A DNA stretch of 64,000 nucleotides from an uncultured Chloroflexia bacterium (GTDB lineage: Bacteria; Chloroflexota; Limnocylindria; Limnocylindrales; CSP1-4). The stretch lies in the NCBI GenBank assembly GCA_963763775.1, contig CAVXPZ010000004.1, positions 256,001 to 320,000 of the forward strand, written 5' to 3'. The translations under genes were made by a program, and so were the position numbers. The notes beneath the pieces are model-generated. The model was not told the origin of the DNA. It did no database searches and saw nothing but the letters and a program-made list of their open reading frames with translations. Shown one piece after another: positions 1 to 11,355 of the stretch; position 1 is the first letter of the stretch, and each line of letters opens with the position of its first letter.

Positions 1-688
1 GCTCGGTGGCGCGGTCGGGTTCGATGACGTCGATCCACAGGCCGCACTCGTCCGCGATGGCCCGGGCCTCGTCCGCGAGGACCTCCGGGCTGACGTCGTT
101 CGAGGCGCGGTTCGAGAGCGTCCTGGCGAGGTTCGCGCCTTCCGCGATGATCCGGCCGCGATCCGCCGCCGCCTCGACGGCCGTGGCGTCCGCGTCGGCC
201 GGGACGATCAGGACGATCTCGTCGAGGTCCGGCGGCGTCGATTCAAGGGATTCGCGGTAGATGGCCTGCGGGTCGTACGAGCCCTCGATCAGCCCGCGCG
301 CCACCAGCGTCGCCGCGATCTCGAGGCCTTCGCCGAGACCATCGGCGAGCGGGGTCAGCCAGAACGCCATGCGGCTCACGACACGACCCGCGAGCCGCCG
401 CTCGGCGGTGGCCGCGGTCCGCACCACGGTCTCGCGGTCGAGGCCGTCCGCGTCGCCGGCGGCCACGACGACCACGCGGCCGACCGGGATCTCGCCCGAT
501 GCCGCGAGGGCCGAGGCGTAGCGCTTCGAGCGCAGCTCGCCGAACGCGGCCAGCCCGCGGAGCTCTCCGCCGGACCGTCGGTCCAGCTCGTCGAGGAGCC
601 CGTCGAAGGCGACCTCGCCGACGATCGGGACGACGAGCACGTCGGCATCGACGTCCCAGGGCTGCTCGGTGACGACTCGAACGTGCAC
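1..688 (-). CDS. pepA: Leucyl aminopeptidase (M17), N-terminal part, truncated by window edge
   Basis: Manual translation from GTG at 688: MHVRVVTEQPWDVDADVLVVP...GRIIAEGANLARTLSNRASNDVSPEVLADEA, typical M17 N-domain and 'ARxLxNxPxNxxxP' junction. Confidence 0.8.
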   Translation of the reverse strand, partial: MHVRVVTEQPWDVDADVLVVPIVGEVAFDGLLDELDRRSGGELRGLAAFGELRSKRYASALAASGEIPVGRVVVVAAGDADGLDRETVVRTAATAERRLAGRVVSRMAFWLTPLADGLGEGLEIAATLVARGLIEGSYDPQAIYRESLESTPPDLDEIVLIVPADADATAVEAAADRGRIIAEGANLARTLSNRASNDVSPEVLADEARAIADECGLWIDVIEPDRATE

Positions 689-844
689 GATGATCGGGCC
701 TCCGACAGGTTCGATGACGGCGCCGGGCGACGAGGCCCGACGAGACTCCGCGATGGGCTCCGCGCAGTGTACCCGCGGCCCGAGGCCCGGGAGGCGGGGC
801 GATGACGGACGCGGCGCGTCAGGTCACCGCCAGGATCCGACGAG

Positions 845-1810
845 CTAGGGCTGGGGCGAGGGCGAGGCGTCCACCTCGGGCTCGAGGGCGTCCGAGAGGT
901 GGGCGCGGGCCTCCTCGATCGCCACGACGGCCCCGTTGAGCCCGCCCTGCGCGATGTCGCCCATGATCACGACCAGGCCACGCGAATCGGGCGGGAGCTG
1001 GGCTCGGGCGGCCTTCTCGGCGGTGATCGCCTTGCGGACCTTCGAGGTGACCTTCCCGCCGACCGAGTCCAGCGCGTCGTACAGCCCCGACAGCGCCTTG
1101 TCGTAGACGGCGTTGCGCTCCAGCCACTGGTCGAGGACCGTGACGTCGACCGTGTTCGCGAGGCGGTCGCGGAACGCCTTGCTGTCGGTGATGACCTTGC
1201 TGGCCCCCTTGAGGGTCTTGATGGCCGTCGCGTACTTGGCGTCGCGTCCCTGGGCGGCCGCCTGGGCGACGAGCTGGTCATGCTGGGCGAGCTGCGTGGC
1301 GAGCCGTCCCGCCGCCGACGACGACACGGTCAGGCGATCCCAGGCGGGCTGGAGGTCGTCGGTGGCGCGGACGGCGCGGACCAGGCGGTCATAGCGCTGC
1401 AGGAGGGCCGGCGAGACGTGGAGCGGTGCCTCCGGCGTCCGCACGAACGGAAGCCCCGCCAGCGACGCATCGAGGGTCTTGGCCCGCCGCTCGATCGCGA
1501 CGAGCCGCGCATCGCCGGCCGCGATCGCCGTGTCGACCGTGTCCGTGTTGCCGGCGACGGTGGCCGCGAGGGCGCCACGCGCCTGGGCACCGAGATCGTC
1601 GACATCGGCCGACAGGAGCACGAGTTCCGCCTCCGCGGCGTCCAACGCGCTCGCGAGCGCGGCGTCGCCCGTGTAGACGAGTCGCGACTGCTCGGCGCGG
1701 CCGGTCCCCGGATCGGTGGCCGCGACGATGCCCGCCCCGCCGAGCGAGATCACGACCACGGCGATCAGCCAGCCGATGACGGCGACGAGGTGTCGCAGGC
1801 GGTCGGTCAC
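845..1810 (-). CDS. Hypothetical membrane-anchored alpha-helical protein
   Basis: C-terminal part of ORF 845..3208; GTG at 1810, N-terminal TM helix (LVAVIGWLIAVVVISLGGAGIVAA). Confidence 0.65.
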   Translation of the reverse strand: MTDRLRHLVAVIGWLIAVVVISLGGAGIVAATDPGTGRAEQSRLVYTGDAALASALDAAEAELVLLSADVDDLGAQARGALAATVAGNTDTVDTAIAAGDARLVAIERRAKTLDASLAGLPFVRTPEAPLHVSPALLQRYDRLVRAVRATDDLQPAWDRLTVSSSAAGRLATQLAQHDQLVAQAAAQGRDAKYATAIKTLKGASKVITDSKAFRDRLANTVDVTVLDQWLERNAVYDKALSGLYDALDSVGGKVTSKVRKAITAEKAARAQLPPDSRGLVVIMGDIAQGGLNGAVVAIEEARAHLSDALEPEVDASPSPQP

Positions 1811-2779
1811 GCGGGCGCGGCTCCGTGCAGGACGTCCCCGCGCATGGCCTGGTCGCGGGCCTTCGTCCGCAGGTAGCCGAGCTCGCCCGGTGAGGTCCCG
1901 AGGCATGAAGCCGAACCGGGTGGGGATGGTGTCCAGCGGGCCGATGTTGTCCAGGCGAAGCTGGCGGAGCTGGTCCGTGGCCACCGGGAACGGGAGGTGG
2001 ACGAACTCGGCCGTGCCCGCGACGAGCCCGATGAGCGGCACGGGCATCGGGATGACGATCCGCCGCTTGCCGAGCGCGGCGAGCACCTCGGCCGTGATCT
2101 CCCGGTACGTCCAGTACCTCGGGCCGCCCAGGTCGAAGGTCCCGCCGACCGTCGCAGGATCCGCGAACGTCGCGACCACGATCCTCGCCACATCGCCGAC
2201 GTGGATCGGCTGGAACCGGCTCTTGCCGTCGCCCGGCACCGGCATGACCCCCGGGGACAGCCGGGCGAGGTCGGCCACGATGTTGAAGAACCCGTCGCCC
2301 TCGCCGAACTGGAGCGAGGGCTTGAGGATGGTCCAGTCGAGCGAGGAGGCGACGACGAGCGCCTCGGCCTTCGCCTTCGAGCTGGCGTAGTGGAGCGTGG
2401 GATCGTCCGCGACGCCCATGGCACCCATGTGGACCAGGCGGCGCACGCCGGCCGTGGCCATGGCATCGATGACGGCGCGGGTCCCCTCGGTGTTGACGAG
2501 CCGGAGCTCCTCGCCGCCGTCGAGGTCCCGGGGGATCGCGACGAGATGGAGGACGGCATCGACGCCGGCCATGGCCGGCGCCAGGGTCGCGGGCTGCGTG
2601 ACATCGCCGGTCCGGGTCTCGACCCGGTCGCGCCAACCGGCGGGCAGGCGCTCCAGGACGAGCTCGCCGCCGCCGGGCGTTCGAACGAGCGCCACCACCG
2701 AGTGGCCGGCCTCGAGCAGCGCCGGCACGGTCCAGCTCCCCACGAAGCCGGTGGCGCCGGTGACAAGGATGGTCGACAT
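1807..2779 (-). CDS. NAD(P)-binding SDR/epimerase, NDUFA9-like; frameshift near 3' end
   Basis: MSTILVTGATGFVG Rossmann motif, YASSK, FQPIHVGDVA; the end continues in ORF 1807..2871. Confidence 0.85.
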
Positions 2780-2885
2780 GCGGTGGTGATCCTCGGGGTT
2801 GCGGGCCGGGCCCCGTGCCGGCCGTCGCCTTCGGTTCGGTCGAGGATCCGAGATGGATGCCTTCGAGGCATCGTAGCATCGACCG

Positions 2886-3969
2886 ATGACCACCCCCGGC
2901 GACGCCGACCCGACGGATCCGGACCGCCGGGCCATCCGCCGCCTCGTGCGGGCGATGCCCAAGGCCGAGCTGCACCTGCACCTCGACGGCTCGCTGCGGA
3001 TCGACACGGCCATCGACCTCGCGCGCACGCGCGCCATCGATGCCCCGGCCGACTGGGTGGGCATGTCGCGGGCGCTCATCGCCCCGATGCCGTGCGCCGA
3101 CCAGGCCGAGCTGCTGCGGGCCTTCGACCTGCCGATCGCGCTGATGCAGGACGCCGACGCCCTGGAGCGGATCACCGCGGAGCTCGTCGAGACCAAGGCC
3201 GCCGACAACGTCCGCTACGTCGAGATCCGCTGGGGGCCGCTGCTCCACGTGGCGGGCGGCCTCAGCCTCGACGACGGGATCGCGGCCGTCTGCGATGGGG
3301 CAGCGGCGGCGGCGGCCCGGACCGGGACGACGGTCCGGCTCATCTGCACCGCCCTGCGCTCCCACGACCCGGAGGCGAATGTCGTGCTGGCCGAGACCGC
3401 CGTCCGATTCCGCGACCGCGGCCTGACCGGGTTGGGACCTTGCCGGCGGCGAGGCGGCGTTCCCGGACCCGCTGCTCCACGCCCGAGCCTTCGAGGCCGC
3501 CCGGGCCGGGGGCCTGCGGATCACCCTGCACGCCGGGGAGTGGGGCGGCGCCGCGCAGGTGCGCCGAGCCCTGGCGATGGGACCGGAACGCATCGCCCAC
3601 GGGCCCGGCGCGATCGACGACGCCGGGTTGTGCGCGGACCTGCGCGCACAGGGCGTGTCGCTGGACCTGTGCCCGAGCTCGAACTGGCAGGCGGGGATCG
3701 TCCCGAGCGTCGCCGCCCATCCCCTCGCCGCCCTGCACCGGTCCGGCGTGCCGGTGACGCTGTCGACGGACGACACGACGGTCTCCGACATCACGCTGTC
3801 GGAGGAGTACGGGCACGCCCTCGAGGCGATCGGGCTGACGCTGCCGGAGCTGTGGGCGATCGACCGTCGAGCGCTCGACGTGGCGTTCGCCGACGAGGCC
3901 GTCCTCGCTCCGCTGCGGACCGAGTTCGACGACTGGGCGCGAGGCATCCCCGAACTCGGCGCAGCGTGA
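2886..3969 (+). CDS. add: Adenosine deaminase (frameshift ~3435)
   Basis: PKAELHLHLDGS, HAGE, RIAHG, CPSSN, STDD motifs across two frames. Confidence 0.9.
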
Positions 3970-4017
3970 TGGTTGCGGGGACTACAACCTGAGCCGTCGG
4001 GGCAGTACATTCCCCCT

Positions 4018-7000
4018 ATGCAATGCCCCGCGTGCGGGACGGTCAACGAGGCCGGCCGGAAGTTCTGCCATGAGTGCGGCGAGAAGCTGGCCGCCACGTG
4101 CCCGTCGTGCGGGTCGGCCAACACGCCCGGCGCGCGCTTCTGCGGCGAGTGCGGGACGAAGCTGGCGAACGGGGATGGGGCACCCGCCGGGGCGCGCGCC
4201 GGGGGCTTGAACTCGGGGCGCGCCGTCGGTGCGGCCGCCGCCCCGGTCGCCGAGCGGCGCCTCGTCAGCATCCTGTTCGCGGATCTCGTCGGGTTCACGG
4301 CCATCGCCGAGGGCCGCGACGCGGAGACCGTCCGCGAGCTGCTCTCGAGCTACTTCGACCTGGCGCGCGACGTCATCACCCGCCACGGCGGGACGGTCGA
4401 GAAGTTCATCGGCGACGCGGTCATGGCCGTCTGGGGCGCCCCGGTCGCGCGCGAGGACGACGCCGAGCGCGCCGTCCGGGCAGGGCTGGAGCTCGTGGAC
4501 GCCGTCCGCGCGCTCGGGCCGGAGGTGCGGGCCCGCGCCGGCGTCCTGACCGGCGAGGCGGCCGTGACGCTCGGTGCGACCGACCAGGGCATGGTCGCCG
4601 GCGACCTCGTGAACACCGCCTCGAGACTGCAGTCCGTCGCCGCGCCCGGGACGGTCCTGGTGGGCGAGGCGACCCAGCGAGCGACCTCGCAGGCGATCGC
4701 GTACGAGCCGGCGGGTGACCAGGTGCTGAAGGGCAAGGACGCCCCCGTCGCCGCATGGCGGGCGCTGCGGATCGTCGCCGAGCGGTCCGGTCGCGGGCGC
4801 TCGGACCGGCTCGAGGCGCCGTTCGTGGGACGGGACGCCGAACTCCGTCTCCTCAAGGACCTGTTCCACGCCACCTCGAAGGAGCGGCGGGTCCGGCTCG
4901 TTTCGATCACCGGCCAGGCCGGCATCGGCAAGTCGCGCCTGGCCTGGGAGTTCGAGAAGTACGTCGACGGCGTCGTCGAGCGGGTCATGTGGCACGACGG
5001 CCGGTCGCCCGCGTACGGCGAGGGCATCACGTTCTGGGCCCTGGGCGAGATGGTCCGCAGCCGCGCCGGGCTCGCCGAGACCGACGACGCGGAGACGACG
5101 CGCGCGAGGATCGCGGCGATGCTCGACGAGTTCGTCCCCGACGAGACCGAGTGCCGCTGGATCGAGCCGGCCCTGCTGGCCCTCCTCGGGGTCGACGAGG
5201 CGCCGCTCGGCGGCCGCGACGAGCTGTTCCGGGCCTGGCGCACGTTCTTCGAACGGGTCGCCGGGACTGGCACCGTGGCGCTCGTGTTCGAGGACCTGCA
5301 TTGGGCCGATGGCGGTCTGCTCGACTTCATCGACCACCTGCTCGAGTGGTCGCGCGGCGTCCCGATCCTGATCATCACGCTGGCGCGCCCGGACCTCCTC
5401 GTGCGCCGCCCCGACTGGGGCGCGGGCCGGCGGAACTTCCTCGCCCTCGGGCTGGAGGCGCTCGACGACGACGCGATGCGCGAGCTGCTCGCCGGACTCG
5501 TGCCCGGGCTCCCGGCCGCGTCCGTCCGCTCGATCATCGACCGGGCCGACGGCATCCCGCTCTACGCGGTCGAGATGGTCCGGATGCTGGTCGGCGACGG
5601 CCGGCTGCGCGAGGTGGACGGGCGGTACGAGCCCGTCGGCGAGCTTGGCGAGCTGGCCGTGCCCGAGACGCTGCAGGCGCTCATCGCGGCCCGGCTCGAC
5701 GGCCTCGACGCCGGGGACCGGACGCTCCTCCAGGACGCCGCGGTCCTCGGACAGAGCTTCACGATCGCGGCGCTGGCGGCTGTCAACGGCGGGACCGAGG
5801 AAGCCATCGGGGCCCGGCTCCACGACCTGGCCGGGATGGAGCTCGTCGAGCAGCTCATCGACCCGCGCTCGCCGGAGCGCGGCCAGTACCTGTTCGTGCA
5901 GGCCCTGATCCGCGAGGTCGCCTACGGGACGCTCGCCAAGCGCGACCGCGCGGTCGCGCCATCTGGCGGCCGCGCGCTACTTCGAGTCGCTCGGCGAGGA
6001 CGAGCTGGCCGGAGCCCTCGCGACCCACTACGTCGCCGCGTACGAGGCGGTCCCCGAGGGGCCGGAGGGCGATGCGCTCGCGGTCCAGGCACGGCTGGCG
6101 CTCGTCGGGGCCGCCGACCGGGCGATGGCCCTGGGCTCGCCGGAGCAGGCCATGACGTTCCTGACGCGGGCCGACCACCGTCACGACCGATCCGGCGGAG
6201 CGCGCGAACCTCCTCGAGCGGCTCGGCCGCGCGGCGGCGTCGGCGGCACGACCCGAGGTCGCCGTCGCCCATCTCACGGAGGCGATCGAGATCCGTCGGA
6301 GCCTCGGCGACGAGCCGGCCGCCTACCGGGCGACCCTCTGGCTGGCGGAGGGGTACATGTCGGGTCGTCTCGTCGAGAAGGCCTCGCCGGTGCTCGAACA
6401 GGCGGTCGCCTACGGCGCGGGCGACGCGGACGAAGCCGGACATGGCGGCCATCCTCGGCGCTGCTGTCGCGCGTCCGAGCGCTCGAGCAGCGTCTGCACG
6501 AGGCGGTCGCGCTCGCCGATCGGGCGCTCGAGATCGCTGAGCGGCTCGACCTGTACGAGGTGCTCGCCGAGCGCCCTCATCACCAAGGGCGACATCCTCG
6601 CGCGGCCACGGTCGCCCGATCGAGGGTCTCAGCCTGATCATCGACGGCTCGCGAGCTCGCGAACGACTACACCCTGCCGGCGATCGAGAGTCGGGCGCTC
6701 ACCAGCCTGACGATCGTCATGGCCTCGCGCGACGTGCGGGCCACCTGGGATCTCGAGCAGGAGGCGATCGCCTTCGCCCGGCGGATCGGCCGGCGCGACA
6801 TGGAAGCTGACGCGTCATCGGGAACGCCGGGGAGGACGCCATCCGCCTCGGCGAATGGGACTGGATCGCCGACGAGATCCGCGCGTTCAGCGATATCGAC
6901 CTGCCGCTCGGCAGCCGCACTCGGGATGGCCTTCGCGGCGACGGTCCCGAAGGTCCTTCGCGGGGATCCCGAGGCGCCCGCGACCGTCGCCGAGGTCCGT

Positions 7001-7592
7001 CGCTGGGCGATCATCGACGCGCACGACAGCGACTTCGGATCGTCGGCCGCCGACATGGAGGCGTGGGTCGCCCTCGCTGACGGCGCCTTCGCCAAGGCCC
7101 GCGACGCCTGGTTGACGCAGGCCGAGGCAAGCGACACGAATGCCCCATTCGCGCTGCCACGGGCCGGCAAGTCGGCCGTCCTGGCCGGTGACGCGGCCGG
7201 CGCGCGCGATGCCCTCGACCGGCTGACCCTCAACGGCACACGCGGTCGCGTCATCGACATCGAGCGCCTGACGATCGAGGCCGGGATCGCCGCGATCGAC
7301 GGACGGACCTCCGAGGCCGTGTCGGCCTTCCGCGTGGCGCTGGCGGCGATGGGCCGAGATGGGCCTGCCGTGGGACCAGGCCTGGGCGGCATGGACGGCC
7401 GTCGTGGCGCTGGGACCGACGGTGCCGGAGGCTCGAGCCTGGGGCGCGGCGACTCGGCCGATCCTCGAGCAGCTCGGGGCACGGCCACTGCTCGCCCTGC
7501 TGGACGACGCGCTCGGTGACTCGGGCGGCGCGAGCTCGTCCTCGCGCGACGGCGCCGGGTCGGGGATCGCGGAGCGGTCCCGAGGCGGCTGA
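4018..7592 (+). CDS. Double zinc-ribbon + class III adenylate/guanylate cyclase + AAA/STAND ATPase + TPR-like protein (several frameshifts)
   Basis: CPACG/CHECG/CPSCG/CGECG; ERRLVSILFADLVGFT, KFIGDAVMA, VNTASRLQ; FVGRDAEL, GQAGIGKS, VFEDLHWAD; tail in ORFs 6125.., 6719.., 7359..7592. Confidence 0.85.
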
Positions 7593-7607
7593 CCGCCGAC
7601 GTCGGAA

Positions 7608-8457
7608 TCAGCCCGCCGCGATCGAGTCGAGCGCCGCGGCCAGCTCGTCGGCGTCCGCGGCGATGGCGTAGGGGCGTTCGGCCTCGGGCAGCGCGTCCAC
7701 CTGTTCGCGCGTCGTGACGCCGGTCAGCATCAGGACGCAGCGCGCACCGACGGCATGCGCCGCGATGAGGTCCGTGGCGATGCCGTCGCCGATCATCACC
7801 GCGTCGTGGACGTCGCGGCCGACGGCCTCCGCCGCGAGCTGCAGGAGATGGGGCGCCGGCTTGCCGATCGAGAGCGGCACGACGCCGGACGCCGCCTCGA
7901 CGAAGGCCGCGACCGCACCGGCCCCGGGACGCAGCCCGCGCTCGGTGGGGTAGATCGGGTCGCGGTTCGTCGCGATGAACCTCGCCCCGGCGCGGATGCA
8001 GTCGTTGGCGGCGGCCAGTCGCAGGTAGGTGAGGTTCGGGTCGAGGCCGGTCACCACGGCGTCCGGCTGACCGGCAGCCGCCCAGCCATCGATGCCCTCC
8101 TGGTGCATCCGGGTCGCGGCGGCTCCCGACGTCACGACATCGAGGCCGACGTCGCGGAGCTCGCGCTCGAGACCGCCCGCCCCGACCACCAGGACGCGGC
8201 GGATGCCGGTCTCGTGGGTGACGATGTGCATCGCGGTCGCCCGGGCGGACGACACCACGGTCTCGGGACGTGACCGGCGCGCCCATCGAGGCCAGGCGGG
8301 TCACGTAGTCGGCGCGGTAGTGCATCGAGTTGTTCGTCACGTAGACCACGTCGTCGCCCAGGGCGGCGCGAGCGGCGAGGACGGCGGCGACGCCCGGGAC
8401 CGGCGCGGTCCCGCGGTACACGACCCCGTCGAGGTCCACGAGCAGGAGGAGCGACAC
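7608..8457 (-). CDS. HAD-IIA (NagD-like) hydrolase (frameshift ~8265)
   Basis: DLDGVVYRG, VTNNS, IATNRD, IGKP, MIGDGIATD motifs. Confidence 0.9.
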
Positions 8458-8502
8458 GGCCCGATCGTAGCGGCGCCGCGCCGGCCGCGTACGATGGCGG
8501 TC

Positions 8503-9126
8503 ATGGCCCGCACCGCCTCGCTCCCCGCCGACCCGTTCGCGAGCACCGACTGGCTGCTGATCGACGGGACCAACCTCCTGCATGCCCTCGCGAAGTCGAA
8601 GGTGGCCGCCCCGCGATCGGCCTTGATCGGGCGCATCCGAGGCATCGTGCCGACGTCCGTTGCGATCGACGTGGTGTTCGACGGACCGTCGGAGCCGGGG
8701 CTGCGCGGCGAGCGCATCGCGTCGGGCCTGCGGGTCCGCTACAGCGGCGGACGCACGGCCGATGCCGTCCTGCTCTCGCTCGTCGACGAGACGCGCGTCA
8801 GCGACGGCCCGCTCGGCACCGCGGCGATCCTCGTCGTCACCGACGACCGCGACCTCCGTCACGGCCTGCAGAACCGCGGCGCGCGGACGGCCGGGACCGC
8901 GTGGCTGCTCGGTCGGCTCGAGCGGACGGGGCGCTCCCGCGACGGGTCGAGCCTCGGCCAGGCGCCCAAGACGATGCCCGCTGCCACGGGTTCCGGGACC
9001 GCCGCCGGGTCGGCCGGCGACCGCGACACCGAGGACGAAGGCCGCTGGGAACCGGGGCGTCGTGCGACCGTCAAGAAGGGCAACGCGCGACGTCGGCCGC
9101 GGCACCATCCGGGCCGCAACGGCTGA
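8503..9126 (+). CDS. NYN/PIN-like (YacP/Rae1-type) domain protein
   Basis: LLIDGTNL, VVFDG, TADAVL, VVTDDRDL acidic PIN/NYN motifs. Confidence 0.75.
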   Translation: MARTASLPADPFASTDWLLIDGTNLLHALAKSKVAAPRSALIGRIRGIVPTSVAIDVVFDGPSEPGLRGERIASGLRVRYSGGRTADAVLLSLVDETRVSDGPLGTAAILVVTDDRDLRHGLQNRGARTAGTAWLLGRLERTGRSRDGSSLGQAPKTMPAATGSGTAAGSAGDRDTEDEGRWEPGRRATVKKGNARRRPRHHPGRNG

Positions 9127-9161
9127 CCGCGGACCGAGGCCCACGCTGCTAGGATGCGCCC

Positions 9162-9641
9162 GTGATCGTCGACACCCTGAACCAGATCTGGACCACGATC
9201 CTCGACGTGACGGCCATCTTCGTCACGCCGGACTGGAACTTCCTGATCCAGACGCTGCCCTTCCTGATCCTGCTCGGCGTGGTCATGCCGTTCCTCACGT
9301 TCACGGCCCTCGGATCGATCATCTATCTCGCCCGGAAGCCGCGCGCGAAGGTCTCGTTCGTCGAGGGCCCGCAGGTCGCGACGCTCGGGGCGGACGGCGA
9401 GCCCGTGTTCCCCGTCGGCTTGCCGCACTGCCGTCGCGACCGCCTCATCTTCCCCTCGGGCACGAACCGGTGCGACGCCTGCCGCGATGAGCTGACGGTG
9501 ATCTGCCCGATGTGCGGCCTCGGCCGTCTCGCGCTCGTCGATACCTGCACGAACTGCGGCCTGGTCCTGAAGGTCAAGCCGAAGGCCGTCGCGGTCCGGA
9601 CCTCCGCCGGCGCCAAGCCGGGCGGCGCCGCGGCCGCCTGA
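9162..9641 (+). CDS. Membrane protein with C-terminal Cys-rich zinc ribbons
   Basis: TM helix followed by CDAC, CPMC, CTNC pairs; TAGGAT -10 six nt before GTG. Confidence 0.75.
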   Translation: MIVDTLNQIWTTILDVTAIFVTPDWNFLIQTLPFLILLGVVMPFLTFTALGSIIYLARKPRAKVSFVEGPQVATLGADGEPVFPVGLPHCRRDRLIFPSGTNRCDACRDELTVICPMCGLGRLALVDTCTNCGLVLKVKPKAVAVRTSAGAKPGGAAAA

Positions 9642-9661
9642 CGGGAGGGCCGCTCACACCC

Positions 9662-10606
9662 GTGTCGCTCGAAGTCCTCTCCTCGACCCTCTTCTCGATC
9701 GGGGTCCTGCTCGTCACCATCGGATTCGCCGCGCACGTCGGTCACGCGGTGATGCTGGCGAACGGCCGCCGGACCTTGCCCGCGATCGTCACGGCCCCCC
9801 AGCCGGCCTATGCCGGCGTGGTGACGGGCTCGTTCGTGACCAGCCAGAGCCACGCTGCCGCGTCCGGGCCGACCACCTCGGCGTCGCCGACGCCGCTCTC
9901 CCGGGTCGCGATCGGCATCACGTTCATCGCCTTCGTCACGCTCGGCGTCTCGATCCTCGCGCGCGCCATCGTCGTCGGGCGCGGGCCGTGGGGGAACATG
10001 TTCGAGTTCAGCGTCGCGTTCGCGTTCTCGATGCTCGGCGGCTACCTCTTCCTCCAGCGCCGCTACCCCATCCGATCGATCGGCTTCATCCCCACGGGCG
10101 TGGCCCTCGCGATGCTGCTCTACGCCTCGAGCCTGCCGTCCGAGATCAAGCCGCTGGTCCCCGCGCTCCAGAACGCGCCGCTCCTGACGATCCACGTCGG
10201 GATGGCGGTGACGGCGTACGGCATCTTCGCGACGAGCTTCGCCGCCGGGATCGCGTACCTCGCCCAGGGTCAGGGCGACCGCTTCTCCTGGCTGCCGTCG
10301 CACAAGGTGCTCGACGAGGTCGCGTATCGCGCGGTCATCATCGGCTTCCCGATCTTCGCGACGATGATCATCCTCGGGTCGTGGTGGGCCTCGATCGCCT
10401 GGTCCCGCTACTGGGGCTGGGACCCGAAGGAGACGGCCGCCCTCGTCACGTGGCTGACGTATGCGATCTACCTCCACGCGCGCAACCAGCGCTCGTGGGC
10501 TGGGCGCCCCGCCGCATTGCTGCTCGTCGTGGGGTTCGGGATGGTGCTCGTCACCTATTCCGGGTCGCTCTGGTTCAGCGGCCTGCACGCGTACTCGGGC
10601 CTGTGA
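9662..10606 (+). CDS. ccsA: Cytochrome c biogenesis protein CcsA/ResC (system II)
   Basis: WWD domain WASIAWSRYWGWDPKET, LTIHV, terminal GLHAY. Confidence 0.92.
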   Translation: MSLEVLSSTLFSIGVLLVTIGFAAHVGHAVMLANGRRTLPAIVTAPQPAYAGVVTGSFVTSQSHAAASGPTTSASPTPLSRVAIGITFIAFVTLGVSILARAIVVGRGPWGNMFEFSVAFAFSMLGGYLFLQRRYPIRSIGFIPTGVALAMLLYASSLPSEIKPLVPALQNAPLLTIHVGMAVTAYGIFATSFAAGIAYLAQGQGDRFSWLPSHKVLDEVAYRAVIIGFPIFATMIILGSWWASIAWSRYWGWDPKETAALVTWLTYAIYLHARNQRSWAGRPAALLLVVGFGMVLVTYSGSLWFSGLHAYSGL

Positions 10607-10610
10607 CGCC

Positions 10611-11330
10611 GTGAAGGTCCGGAGCATCACCGTCGTCGGGCTCCTGATCTTCACCACCACCGCCATCTGGGGGTGCGACGCGTTCGGCACGCCGAAGCCC
10701 AGCCGGACGCCGATCGGGGCCGCCGCGTCGCCGAGTCGGGTGCCGTTGCCGCAGACCGGCGGCAGCGAACCGCCGGTCGCGAGCCCGACGGCCACGCCGG
10801 TCGAGCCCTCAGCCGCGCCCGAGGCGTCGGCCTCCCCCGATGACGACCTGGAGCCCGACGGGTCGCAGGAGCCGGACTCGTCGTCGCTGCCGGGCGACCC
10901 GTTCGGGAAGGCCGAGGCCACCTACCGGAATGGGTCCGCGACGCTCACGATCGGCAAGCAGGTCATCGCGCTCGGACGGCTCGCCGGCACCGGGACCTAC
11001 TTCGCGGAGTTCGGCGCCGACGTCATCTGGACCGGCGACGAGGGCTGGTACGTGCAACTCGGCGGCGCGAAGCCGTCGAAGGGCCCGATCGGGATCCCCG
11101 CGTACATCGCGCTCGACTGGGTCCATGACGGCCAGCACTGGACGAGCTGGGACGAGGACGGCTGTCGCGTGACGATCCTCGAGGCCGACCCGGGCGGGGT
11201 CCGCGGCATCGCCAGCTGCTCGAACATGCGCTGGGTCGACGCGATCGCCGGCGCGCTCGCCGACGAGCCGACCCCGATCCTGGGCCAGGCCCCGTTCTCG
11301 GCGGCGGTCACCTTCGTGGCGAGGCCGTAG
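10611..11330 (+). CDS. Hypothetical lipoprotein
   Basis: Signal peptide with lipobox-like IWGC; Pro/Ser/Ala linker then beta-rich domain. Confidence 0.65.
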   Translation: MKVRSITVVGLLIFTTTAIWGCDAFGTPKPSRTPIGAAASPSRVPLPQTGGSEPPVASPTATPVEPSAAPEASASPDDDLEPDGSQEPDSSSLPGDPFGKAEATYRNGSATLTIGKQVIALGRLAGTGTYFAEFGADVIWTGDEGWYVQLGGAKPSKGPIGIPAYIALDWVHDGQHWTSWDEDGCRVTILEADPGGVRGIASCSNMRWVDAIAGALADEPTPILGQAPFSAAVTFVARP

Positions 11331-11355
11331 GACCGAAGACGCTGGACCGGCGGCG

